Source of the DNA: Protoeuglena noctilucae
Taxonomy: Eukaryota
Direction of reading: 5' to 3'
Assembly: GCA_958009085.1 (NCBI GenBank)
Contig: OY253672.1
Location: forward strand, 124,001-188,000
Length of the DNA stretch: 64,000 nt
A model generated the notes under the pieces. The model saw only the letters and a list, made by a program, of their open reading frames with translations. It ran no database searches and had not been told where the DNA came from. The translations under genes and the position numbers were made by a program. Below are positions 11,358-23,449 of the stretch, piece by piece. Numbering within the stretch: position 1 is the first letter of the stretch; every line of letters begins with the position of its first letter.

Positions 11358-11835
11358 GTCAGCATGGCCTGACTTTGACCTTAACCAAGTGCCCTACCCA
11401 AAAATGAAGCTAATTGTATCGCTATTCGCCAGAAGAAGAGTTGATTTGGAAAAGTCTGTGCGTCTGCAAACAACTTTCCGAAGCATTTTAGCTTAAGCGA
11501 AGAGAGAAAAGTAAGTTCAAGCTTGCGCTGCGGACACAAGGGCGACCGCGCCTCATCCCATGAGCCTTGCAGAGCCTGCTTTGGTGAGCAACGCGGTCTG
11601 AAACCTTCTCATCTGGAGTTATACGTGCAACACGAAATGTTGACGCGGAAGACGAATGGCCCACATCAACCGTTCGTCTTCCTCAATCCTGCTACGAGAT
11701 TGGCTTCGCGAAAGCTGCACTTATTGCTTCTGCAAGCTTTTTGCGTTGTGCACGAAGTTTAAAATAGACATTGGAACGTTGAGGCTCATATTCTACCCTA
11801 ATATGAATTTTTTTTTTCCTTTTCAGGTCAAGGCC

Positions 11836-14800
11836 ATGAAGCCTACAGCCATGTTATTAATACTACTCGTGGGACTGGTGCTGTCCCTTGCCACAATTTG
11901 CTCGTGCGGTGGCCAGGTTAGTTTGTAGAGCAGGGGAACTGTCGTCCGGATAAAAGCTATTTGCAGAAATTCAGGCGCTGACAATGCTGGTTAAAATGTT
12001 TGTCTTGTCTCACTTCTGACTTCGCAGACTTCTGGAACCTTGACTTATAATGTGAATTTCTGCCAGCAAAAGTCATTGTCTGTGGCTGCAGGCACAGGTA
12101 AGCAATTAATGCGAGTGTAGCTTATGCACGTATGGATATCATGTCGAGACCAGACAAAACTAAATAAAGACGTTGATGCTCTGCTCGCAGTGCAGGGCAC
12201 CGAAGTAGATTTGTCCTTATCTTTTAACACCAACAGCCTTACAAACGTCTCTTTGGGCCGCATGCTGCCCGTTGCATTCAACATTACATACACGTCGCAG
12301 ACAACGTCTTTGCTGGCTGGGCAAAGGAACGCAAGTCGAGCTCGGATGTTCATCCAGGCAAGCCCAAGGATGCCCAGAACAGAACTTCAAAACATAAATC
12401 GCATTTGACATTAAGTTCTTGTTCTTATTACACGCAGATTCTCAATGATGCAACTGGCGGCGTCGTCTCGGAAGAGCAGCAGTTTGTTTCGTGGATCGCG
12501 AACGCAGATGGAACTGTTCTTACTGTGTCTTGGCTCATTACTCCGATTGACAGCGTCAACGAGCAAAATTTGCTCATTGGTGAGTAAATAATGTAAGAAA
12601 ATTTTATGTGTGGTACTTGTGTGTTTGTAATATTGGACCCCTTATTTGATGTTGCAGCGGTGTCCAGTCTGCAGCAAGACGACCCCAAGTTGGTTCCTGG
12701 AGGTTGGCCTTCATGCAACGTCGACGTTACCAATGGAACGCTGTTGTCCGCATCTCCTCAAGTTGCATATCAAGGACTATATGCACTTTACAACAACTCA
12801 CCGTGCTGCATATGGAGCAAAGCATGGAATGCATGCGTTGATGCTAGTATATTCCCGGAGCTTCATTTGTCATACACATTGGTGAGATCTGCTATCTTAA
12901 TCGTGGCAATTTTGCATCCTAGAATCATATGAACTCAACGACGCTCTCTGCTCTCCATTGCAGGAGGTATCGTCCAATCCTGCATCAGCAAGCAAACTAA
13001 GTATCTTTGGCGGGTACGTGGGAGGAACTAACAGTGCCAGAATAATGGAAGCAAACTTTTTTATGGAGGACGCTCACAATGTTCAATGTTCACTTCTCAC
13101 ACAAAATCAAGACCAAGGATCAACTTCGGCGATATACATCGTTCTTGATAAGCCAAGTCTTCCCACATCATGTCAAGACGCATCTGTCCAGTACGAGCTT
13201 TACTTGCCTTCTCTGACGGTAAGAGGCCTACGGACCCGGGCTACAAATCGTATTCACTTATATCTCAATAGAAAACTAAATCTGGTCTTATATGTAGTTC
13301 TTTGCAGGTTGATATGGGCATCAATTATAATGATGATCTGGTGTACGGCTGGCCTTCGGACACCGTCCAAGCGGACTACATTTTCCGCAGAGGTGCAGCC
13401 TTTACCTGGAATTTATTGCATCAAACAAGCTTGTTTCCTTACGATATGCGGTCAAGCACAAGCGCCTTAACAAATAGCGGTTACTTCCATGTCACTGTCA
13501 CGGCGGACTTTTCGCAGTGGACAGGAATTCCGTCGTCGACAGCGGCTGCTTCGGCAGAGCTGGACACATGGAGCACAGGTGACACAGCGTCGTCGATATT
13601 GCAGCGTGGTATCCTGATCTACACTGTTTTGATGAGATAACTAATGCGGTATATTGTCTTTCTTTTAACTGCAGTTTTTGCAACTTACATGTCCCAAGAA
13701 GGAGGGTCGGCTTTGCAGAAACCGGCTGTCGAGATTTTGTCAGCCGTAGTCACATACCCAAACTGGCCCTCTACACTAGCGGGCGGCCCAATGATCTTTA
13801 AGTTTCAGGTGAGGTATATGGTGCGTAAGTTGGTACCTTGGTTACCTTATGGTTGCGATAGCCGCCGTTATAATTGTGAAAACGTTTTATAATTGTTTGC
13901 AGGGGCAATATAACTTGGCAGCAAACATTGACGCAAAAGAGCTGAGTTGGGCTGCAACAAATTACCTATTATATCATGCCAACGACTGTCTACTGCCGTC
14001 GTGGTCTTTGTTCCAAAACCGACTGTGGAACATTGTTGACGTCAGTCAAGTCAATGGTGTCTTTTCTGCAACAATATATTTTCTTCCTGAGGGTATGACA
14101 AGTGAGTTTTAATCACAAGAGCAAAACCACATACATGTCGACTTCCAGCACTAACAAAATTTGTTTAGTTGTCGCAGGTTTCCAAGTGAATGATGCTTTG
14201 CACTACATTTTCACATCAACGGACCAAAGTTTTGACGTCTTTTCTCAGGTGACGTTGACAAACGCAGATAGCTTCCAGTTTTTGGAGCTTCCAAAGCAGC
14301 CCTCAGCGTATGGGCAAATCATGTTTGCCGTTATTGGCGACACAGTGGCAGATGTGACGCTGACAGATGCCACTGCGAAAAATTTTGTCGCATCCATCTC
14401 CTATCCTCTCACCGGCGTGCTGCTCGCGGTTTCAGCTCCTCTTCTTAATGCTGAAAACAAATGGGAGACAATAATTACACTTGATTATGCTAGCCTTGAT
14501 AGCTATGATATATTGTCAGCGCAAAATATGAGGAATGATGTACTTATGCCACTGGCTTTCCAATATTTCTTTCAAAACCAGACATTGTCATTAGATCCAT
14601 GCAAAGACAACGGGAGCTTAGTGTCAATACTTTCTTGGCCAGCTGTAGTATCCCTGCCACTGTCATCGAACCCTGCCTTGCATGTGACCGGCGAATTTGT
14701 ATGGCAAAGTCAATCCGACCCTGTTTTGATAGAGAAGCAACTGCAAAGCAGTGTCAGCAATCTTCTTGCTAGCTGTACGTCACTAACATTGGCGGAGGCC

Positions 14801-17800
14801 ACGTGGCGTGTGACTGTTGGACTTAGCCCATTCTTTTCGTTTCCTGGCCGTACCAGTGTTTTTATTGACGTCGTCGCATTGCCAGACGCCTCAAGCGCGC
14901 AGGCATTGCAAACTAAGCTGACTGAAAGCAGTTTCCTAAAGAGTTTCGAGGGCACCACAAACGGCATCTTAGATATCAAAGACGTCCAAATATCTGGATT
15001 TGACACGTTTGCACAAAAAGCGGGCGTGACCTCACAGCCCATTTTAAAATGTTCCCTCCTACTTTCAAACGGCAACGCAATACCATTTGGGTCTTTGTCA
15101 TCTCTTTTCATTCGCAATTCCATATCGACCTCTCTTTCCCTCCCTATGACAAATGTTGTAATAACTGAAGCCCTTGCTTCTAATCAAGACTTGTATGTAA
15201 GCGTAGAAATAAGTGCTCCAGATTACATATCTACTCAAGAGATATATTTTGCTTTATTAACTGTGGACTCTTCCTCATGGATAATGTCTTGGACAGACCA
15301 GTACCCGTGGGTGCCCTACACGGAGGTTGCCATTTCGGGCACACCCTCTTTTTACTGGTATGGAATGGAAGACAACGATATCTTATTTATTAAGGGCTCA
15401 TCTGTGAGTTGTGTGGTTGCAGAGCCATATTGCCAGGTTCAGGTGTTAAAAGCCCTGATGGGCCATGCTAGCACAACGGCAAGAATTCAGCTCGAGCAAA
15501 TAGACGGTGAATTTACATTTTCAGGCCAAATAAAGTATCTTCATAGCACTGCCCAGGCAAATGACGTCATAAAATCAGTGCTGCAGGCTGACAACAGCGA
15601 GTTTGCAGTCCTTTCTTCAAGCATATCGAAAAATTACACCTCTTTTCAGCCACCAAACGAGCCTTACTTCGCTGTGTCCATAACTGTCGAAACTAGCGGA
15701 AGTGTGCTGCTGTCGGATAGCAGGGAAAACGAAGAAGAAATAAAAAAGGCTTTACAAGTTGTTATCCCTTTTGTGTCGCTGAGTGAAATGGAAGTCCTTA
15801 CTGCTCCTTGCTCATCCTTGATGTGTTCCCGTGTGTCGATTGGAACTCTGCCAGACGTCACTGGTGCTGTTAATGTTGCCCAAATTCTTGGATCTTCATT
15901 CCAGGCTGTCCACGACAGCTGCATGTCTGTCATTGCTGGGCATCTAGAGTATGTAAATTTTATAGGAATGCAAGTTATTTACGATTCTTGGGTATCGCCC
16001 GTGATTTCAACTTCTGCATCTGCTACTTTGCTACATAATGCTACCCCCGCTCTGCTAAGCGACGTTTATTCTATTTGCAAAAAACTGTTCTCCGTTGTCC
16101 TTCCCGACTACCAGTTGTGGAGAGTAAGTGTTAATGATCTGAGTTACACAGAGAGTCACGCAACATTCTCATGTAGTCTGGCTCAGATCCCTGCTGCTGT
16201 TTGGGACTCATCCATCTTGGACACGACCACTGCCGCAATTTTGTTTGCCTCGAAGCAGATTCCGTCTTATGGGCTTGTGTCTCTCTCAGATGTCCAAGTA
16301 CAGGGTTGTAATGTTGACAAAACGACCATGCCAAACGGTGACCATATATACGACGTCTGGAACAGTCCCACTGCGTCTTTCCAGCTTGCACTAAATCGTG
16401 CCACTTTCAATGGCTCATTTGCATTTTCCATTGCTGAGCAGAACCAAATCCTTCTAGCCTTGTCAACGCACCTTGGCTTGCCTTTGCCATCTCTGGGAGT
16501 TACTAGAATACAAATGCATATACCTGACGAGCAGCTGTTTTCTGACTCGGCCTCATGGGTCGTCGATAATTCTTCCTCGACATCAACGTATCTGGTAGAT
16601 GAAGTTGTAAGTGCTGGCTCGGAGATGTATTGGAGCGAGTTTCATGATGTGGCTGCACATGTCACTCAGGCACTAAAAATGTTACCTGCGGACATATTCA
16701 ACAATTACTGGGAAGGAATTGAGGTCTCGTTTGTCTCCCCTGTCAGTATTGGTTTTCCTTCTCGAGAAAGCTACATTGAGCTGGCTTTGTCGCTGGAGGT
16801 GTGCGGAAGCAACTTGGAACAGCAAAGTGCTTGTCAGGACATAATGCCGCTAGTTTGTCCCCCTTCTTTGCCTGTGAAGTGCTTCCCATTTCAGGTTTCT
16901 TGCAACATATCAAGTGTAAATGGCAATTGTGCAACTATGGATACAACTGTAAAGTTCATTAACAACCCCGTTGAGGCCGCTACGTTTTCAACTGATATTC
17001 AGATATATCTTTACAAGCTCATGTCTGTCAAACCGGTTGCAATTTCTGACTTTTCGTCTGTGAGGGTCATTACATGGCCAATTGCCTTTCCGTTCTTAGA
17101 AATAAGCGGCTCAGTCACTTGCGTTACAGATGTCACAAGTGATATGTTTTGGCTCAATCGGTATATATCAAATTCAAACATGGCGATGTCAATAGCAGCC
17201 TACCAAGGAGAGCAAATTGGGTCTGACACAACAAGTGTTACGTTAAGATTCCATCCGCAGCACAACTTAGGTGAATACCAGGAAGAAGTGCAGCAATTTT
17301 ATTCTGTAATGGCTAGTTTGGCAGCATACATGGAATCTTTCCATGTTTGCTCCCTGCAGTTAATACAGCCTGCAATAATTGTCGATCCCAACCGGCCTTC
17401 TAAACCATCTGTGTCTTTCCTGTCCAATAATGTGAAATCGAATGATTCAGTGATTGAGTTACTCACAGCGCATGGGTTGCCGCACGTTCAGAAATCACAG
17501 ACGAACATCTTACCATATAATACAACGTCCACACTGGTGTCCATTGCAAGTGTGGGTAGTTGGTCAACAATATACAGCATTAAGCAAGCATTCGCAAGCA
17601 CTGCAAACATATATGATGTTGCAACAAGTCCGCCATTCGTTTCTTGGCCCATCGGGTACAAGCCTACGCCTACCTTGTGTAGGACATCTGTCACCATGTC
17701 TGGATTCCCCATTCTTCCTTGGACAACAACTTCCGACGTCATGCTTGGAGATGCTCTGTCTACATTCGGTGAAGCGGCTGTTGTAAAAGTCAATGTTTTG

Positions 17801-20800
17801 TCCAGTGTTTTGGCTGGGGATGATAAAGACGAAATTGAGGCAACCGTTATATTTCAAAAGACGCCTGGCGTTTCCTTTATCTCAGACATGGACAATATCT
17901 ACACATCATGCAATCAGCTGCTCCAAATGTTGCAAAGTAGCACTAGCGTGTACAGCAAGAGCCTTCCCAGCTATGTTGTTTCTGCTGAAACTCAAGTTAC
18001 TGTTTGGCCAGGCGTGGATCGATCGTATGACAGCCTTGATTTTCAGTACGGTTTCATTGATTTTTCAGGCTACATCAGACAAAATGGGACTCAAGTTAAT
18101 GAAGTCGTAGAACTTGTTAAAAAATACAACTTGGTCGCCATGTACAACACCAGAATCGACACATTTTCTGATTCATTGAGATTGTCTCTTTTTGATTTTC
18201 AAAGCGAAAGTGATTCAGATTATGCTGTCTCTCAAGTCTGGCAGGCACTGTCTCTAACCAATTTCAGTGCCATCTCAGGCCTTTCTTTCTTAAAAATGTC
18301 CTCGAGCCTTCAGTCCTGTAGTGCAACATTGTTGGAGGCAAGCACGTCTGTTAAATTGTACATGAATGTTGGTGCTGACAGAGATGCTTTTGTTGAAGGA
18401 AGTAATGTCTTAGAATACCTGGCAAATACGATTGCCGGTAGTTATAAAACGTCTTCTCGTGTAACAAACGTCACGTCTGACACTGACGGGATTCTCTACT
18501 CTATCCGTGTCTGTAACATTGACGCATCAGATGCAATCACAATCAAAAATCAACTCGGGAACGCGACAAGTGCTTTAAAAAATGATGCCACGGTAAGATG
18601 TGCATCACGCTTTCACAAGGTCATTACTTTGTCACTTTTTTGCAAAACAGTTTTCAACCTTCCATTTCCGCAGGCTCTGCAAACATTGACACAGTTCACA
18701 CGTGATACGCTAGTACAGAGACTGGAGGTAAGAACGTACAGCACAGTGGTCTTGCCGGAGACGCAGGAGACATCATATCTCTACTCCTTCACAGCATATG
18801 TACAGAGGGACACCGATGATTGGTGGAGTATCCTGGATGTGGCAAGCTTTGTTACATGGAATGTTCTTAGCCAAGACACCTATTTTGTCAGCATGGTAGA
18901 GCAATGGCAGATTTATGGCGTGGTCAGCAGTGTTAGCAGCAAATGGATGCAGAATGCATCTGGGACAAGCTCATTTGTGACAGCGGTAACCGTTAATGTG
19001 CAACTTAGTGGAAGCTCGCCAACACCGGAGTACATCACCTTAAGCCATGAGCAACTCTGCAATTTGCAAGAGTACCTGCATAACTCATTGTACGCTGCCA
19101 GCCTTGCAGACCTTGCCATTGTCGACGCAGTTGTATGTAACGTCGAGTTCACTTCCACGTCCCAGGCCCCATATGTGTCTTTTACAGCGTCGCTTTACAG
19201 TGCCGACCTTAGTTCTCCGACAGACACCGAGGTTCAATGTATCCAGGAAGCGATGGCATGGGGCATGGGTGCCGGGACTGGAGTGTTTGACATAAGCATA
19301 ACAGTGCTTACAACGTCGCCTGGGTGGATCTATGTCAGCGTAAATATCAGGCTTGCAAGGCTGGACCCTTTCGATGCAGCATCGCAAGCATTGGATCTTT
19401 TGACTCATAATAACGTCTTGACCCTTTTCCCGTCAGCGAAGTTGATTAATATTGTTGATTTCCCACTCCCAAGCCCGCTTCCAGAAGCGTTTTACTCTGC
19501 TACCTATGTCTCAACCTCTAACGTTGACGCTTTTGTACTAATAAACAAAATAACTGACACTTATCCCAACAGCCTGATCTTCTCATACATGACATATGAA
19601 CAAAACACGACGGTCCAGCTTATGCTGTTACCTGCAGACATGCATATGTTGGCTGATGAAGGTGATGGCATTGGAATGGAATTAAATTCATTAGTTTTGT
19701 ATGACACCGTTATCAATGACGACAAGTTTCAATACATGGGCAGCGTTAACGTGAATTCTACTTATAATGAGTCTGTGTCCTCCTTTATAATTATTCGAAA
19801 TGCGCTGGCAATTTTGCTGAATATTCCCCAGAAACTACTTGTTGTCAGTGTAGATGCTTCAACAGTCACATACCAGATGATGGAAGGTTCGTTTTTAGAC
19901 CCTTTGACGGCAATCTCATCGTGGAAAAGTTTGCAGTTGGGAGACGTTCTTTGGAGCTCTATCCCTTTGTGCTCAGGGAGCTGTCACGACATTGTTTCTC
20001 TTACGCCCGCGTTCCCTTTTTCTTTTCCTGCATCGTGCATGGGCAGCAGCACAGCTGCAAATATGAACACAGCAGCAATTTCATGTGCTGGGCAGGCATC
20101 TGTGTCTGTAGTAGTGAAGATAGCATGTATGGACCAACAATGAAGCATTCTTGACGTGCAAAACTTCGTAATTCAGATGAAGACGACCCTTGCGAACATA
20201 ACTCAGGCAAATGTACCAGAAAAAAATGTGTTTGTGAAAATCCAAGTTTTGCCTGAGCAGCAGGAAACTATTGAGGACTGCACCAGCCTTTGTAGTCTCG
20301 GCATTCATGTGATTGATTTAACATTTCTTGAGTCTGCATGGGAAGTGTCAAGCGCAATGTCCAAAACTTTGCAAGTTCTCAACTCCGAGACTGGCGCACG
20401 CTTCACAGCAACTGTGGAGGGCCTGACGTACTAACCCAGCATAACTTTCGATCAAGCCTCTCAAGTGATTGGCTCAATCAGCTTGGTAAGGATGCATCGA
20501 GCAATAGCGTGCTTTAGCTTTACACCAAAAATTTTGCGCTTGTAATTTCTGTCTCTCTGAAAATTTGGTTGCAGGTTTCCAGGTCTGCTTGGGCGGACAG
20601 TAACACAAGTGATATCGTCGTTGATTTGCAGCAGACATTGGCCAAGCAACTGGGGTTAAATTCAAGTTTAGTCGCGTTATATCCAACAATTGCTCAAAGA
20701 TCTCTTCTGAGATCTTCTTTGGTTTTTAATGTACGTATTACGTGCACAAGTGACGAGGTTGCTCTGCAAGTGTGCAACAAACTAAGCACAGAGGCAGATC

Positions 20801-21186
20801 TTTTAGTATCAAAAATGACTTCGAAGTACATTGACTTACAAGATGCAACTGTTTCATGTTCGTTAAGGTAAGCGTTAAGTCTGCTTTCAAGTTGTATCTC
20901 ATAACTTTCTTCAATTTTTAACAATAACAATAACCATTCTCTATGCAGGACCGATGCATTTATCCCAACTCCAAATTTGAAAAGTTCGTGGTCGTCCCTA
21001 CTCATCCTCCCATGCATAATTATGGCGACCTTTGGAACGCTTTCGGTCTTCATTGCCATCACCCAGCGTTTCTGCGTCAGAGCAAATGCGGAGGTGAAAA
21101 ATGTTTCCTCTAGCTCTGTTGGATACTATACATTCGCTCCACGCCCAAGTTCAGGACCACGAGAAAGCGATTTGGGGACAGAATAG
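11836..21186 (+). CDS. Giant type I single-pass membrane protein (~2,770 codons, ~13 exons) with repeated SEA-like/alpha-beta extracellular modules; two in-frame stops
   Basis: Signal peptide MKPTAMLLILLVGLVLSLATICSCGG. About 12 short introns chain in phase around a 6-kb open segment (14102-20143). C-terminal hydrophobic helix LLILPCIIMATFGTLSVFIAIT precedes a ~40-aa tail. In-frame TGA at 20141-20143 and TAA at 20432-20434. Confidence 0.8.
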
Positions 21187-21212
21187 AGAGTCTGGTCGGA
21201 TGGCTCCTCTCC

Positions 21213-23304
21213 GTGCGGGGCAGCAATGGCACCATCACCTTCGCACGAGTACTCGCCAGTGCCATGAGTACCGAGAACCTGGACTTCCTCCTCAATCTCC
21301 TGCACACGGCCGACCGGGTCAACGACCTGGCTGTGACGGTCGCCGAGGACTCGACGCCGTTGCTCAGCTACATCATCAACCACCTGGAGCCCAGCCACGG
21401 AGTGCAGGTCCTTCGCGGTGAGTCGACATCGGCTACGATGATCGCTCTTGATGTTGGCATCAGTAGTCTATCAGGTGCATTTCTGCAAGATGCGCTCACC
21501 GGAACTGAACAGCTAAGCTCTCTCCCCCTGCACACAGCGGTGTTGGTGCGCCTGTGTGAGCTGAGGAGCCCTGCCCACGCGAAGGACATCGCTGCTCTCT
21601 TGACGGCCCCGGATGCTCAGTGGAACACACCGTTTCACCACGCTGTCATGGCGGGTAGCCCCGAGATCCTCCGCATGCTGCAGAGCTGCCTCATGTTCTG
21701 CGTGCACGCCTACGGGGTCGCGTGCAATCCATACGTCATGCAGAACTCCCAGGACAGAGTGCCGGCGGACATGGCGGGCACCATTGACTGGGAAGGAGAC
21801 TCGGGGTTCGCTCAGGTGTGGAGCAGCATAGGAAGTGTCAAGTCGCCCTGCAGTCGCCCTCTCCAGAGCACGCGCACGCGAGTCGGCATTTGCTGCTCAC
21901 AACTTGAGGACCACCGACCAGCCTATCAAACAGTGTGCAAGCCCTGCTTGCAGAGACAGATACAATCGCGTGCTCTGGCGACCTTCTTCGGCTTGGTGGG
22001 AAGCCTCGACGCGCAGCAGCAAGGTGCGCACCATGGCACGTTGCGGATCGTGTGTGCCACTTGGTTCTGGAGGGATGTGGCTGTGTTGTCTTCCTGTAGA
22101 TGTGCAGGATCCCTGCTGAGGCAAGACCGCAGCTAAGCTAACCAACTCCTTCCATCGACCCAGTGCGCGCAGAGCCGGGGCACGCACCAGGTGACGTGGC
22201 GCTTCAGATGGCCAACATGGTCCCTGACGACGACTTCGCGACAGTCTGCAACTGCGGGCTGTGGATCGAGCAGCTGGCGATGCATGGAACGGACATGGGC
22301 GCGGCCGGTGAAGCCAATTTCGTCCGCGCCTTGGTCATCCCAGCCATGCAGGCGGTGAGTCGTGAAAGCCACCAAGCGCTTCCCTCATATTGCGGTGTCG
22401 TATGCATCAACCGGGTCAGATCAAATTGCAAGTCACCCCGTCGTGTGCCCCACGCAGCTGCCGGAGCTTGGAATGCTGACGTCGTCGTCCCGCATGACCT
22501 GGGCGCACGTCGCCGCGTCGCTCCAGAACGATTACGTGGGAGCAGAGCTCGTCACGGCTGCCGCTGCGGGCCAGTGTCCCATGGACCTTCTGGTGCCTGA
22601 AACCGGCGTCACCGCTCTTCACCTCGCATGCCGTGCAGGCCATGCTGAGACAGGTCGGTGTCTAGTGACTGCGTCGGAGCGTACACCCTGCATCCTTACC
22701 AATTTCAAGCGGCTGAACGTTTCTGGTTTCCCTGGCGAGGCGTGCTTCCATCGCGACGACCCATCGGCTGCACATGCACCCGGCATTGCGCTTTGAGGGC
22801 CGTGTGACTAGCAACGGTCCAGCGAACACTCCTCGCAGTTTCGGCACTCCTCCAATCCGGTGCGAGCCCCACGGTCCTCAGTGCTGCCGGCATGGCACCC
22901 ATCCACGACGTGTGCTGCAACGCCCTCTTCATACCCAATGCCGTCGAAGTCGTGGGCCGGCTCCTGCAGCATGGAACCCCCCCGCTGCCACAGCGCAGCT
23001 GCTGTCGAGGACGCCCGCGTTCTTGCCATCCTGCGCCACACTGAGGGGAGCCGAGCGTCGTATGCCCATGGCCTTTGTCCTGCAGAGTGTCCTGCGCAGT
23101 GCGGTGAGGGCCATCTTCGCATCAAAGCATGTTACCTTCCTAAAGAATCCGTTGTGATTCTGTAGCCCCGTCTCCTTCACAGGCCCAGGGACCCAAATGG
23201 GGCCAGCACGGATGGCAGCACACCGTGACTGAGCTGGTGCAAGCGCTGGGACACAAGAACCCCAAGGCGACGATCCGAACCCTGCTGCCCGGGGTGGATT
23301 TCTG
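21213..23304 (+). pseudogene. Ankyrin-repeat protein gene, apparently frameshifted and possibly 5'-truncated
   Basis: Ankyrin motifs DAQWNTPFHHAVMAGSPEILRML, ETGVTALHLACRAGHAET/VSALLQSGASP and GMAPIHDVCC...VVGRLLQHG lie in spliced exons. The ankyrin-like frame appears to shift at the C7 run near 22977-22983 and near 23224. Confidence 0.65.
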
Positions 23305-23449
23305 ATGATATGGTGGAAGAGACGTGCTGCGACGGTGGCGAATGCATGCGTTGTGTGTGGCGTCGGAGCCCAGGCAGCATAGTGCAAGGCAGCTCTTGTG
23401 AATCCAACAAGCTGAGAAGCATATCAGTCAATGTCACAAAGGACTTTGG

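Noticed and set aside
2661..20434. Non-standard genetic code (TAA/TAG = Gln, as in some ulvophytes) explaining the in-frame TAAs
   Set aside because: The 2,013-codon low-GC ORF has many CAA codons and no TAA/TAG, TAG appears to terminate NDUFB3 and SCYL1, and one premature stop is TGA.
11358..21190. Endogenous giant virus or bacterial insertion as the source of the low-GC DNA
   Set aside because: The genes have many short host-type spliceosomal introns including GC-AG, no viral or bacterial hallmark genes were seen, and the cassette A genes are RWP-RK factors typical of green plants.
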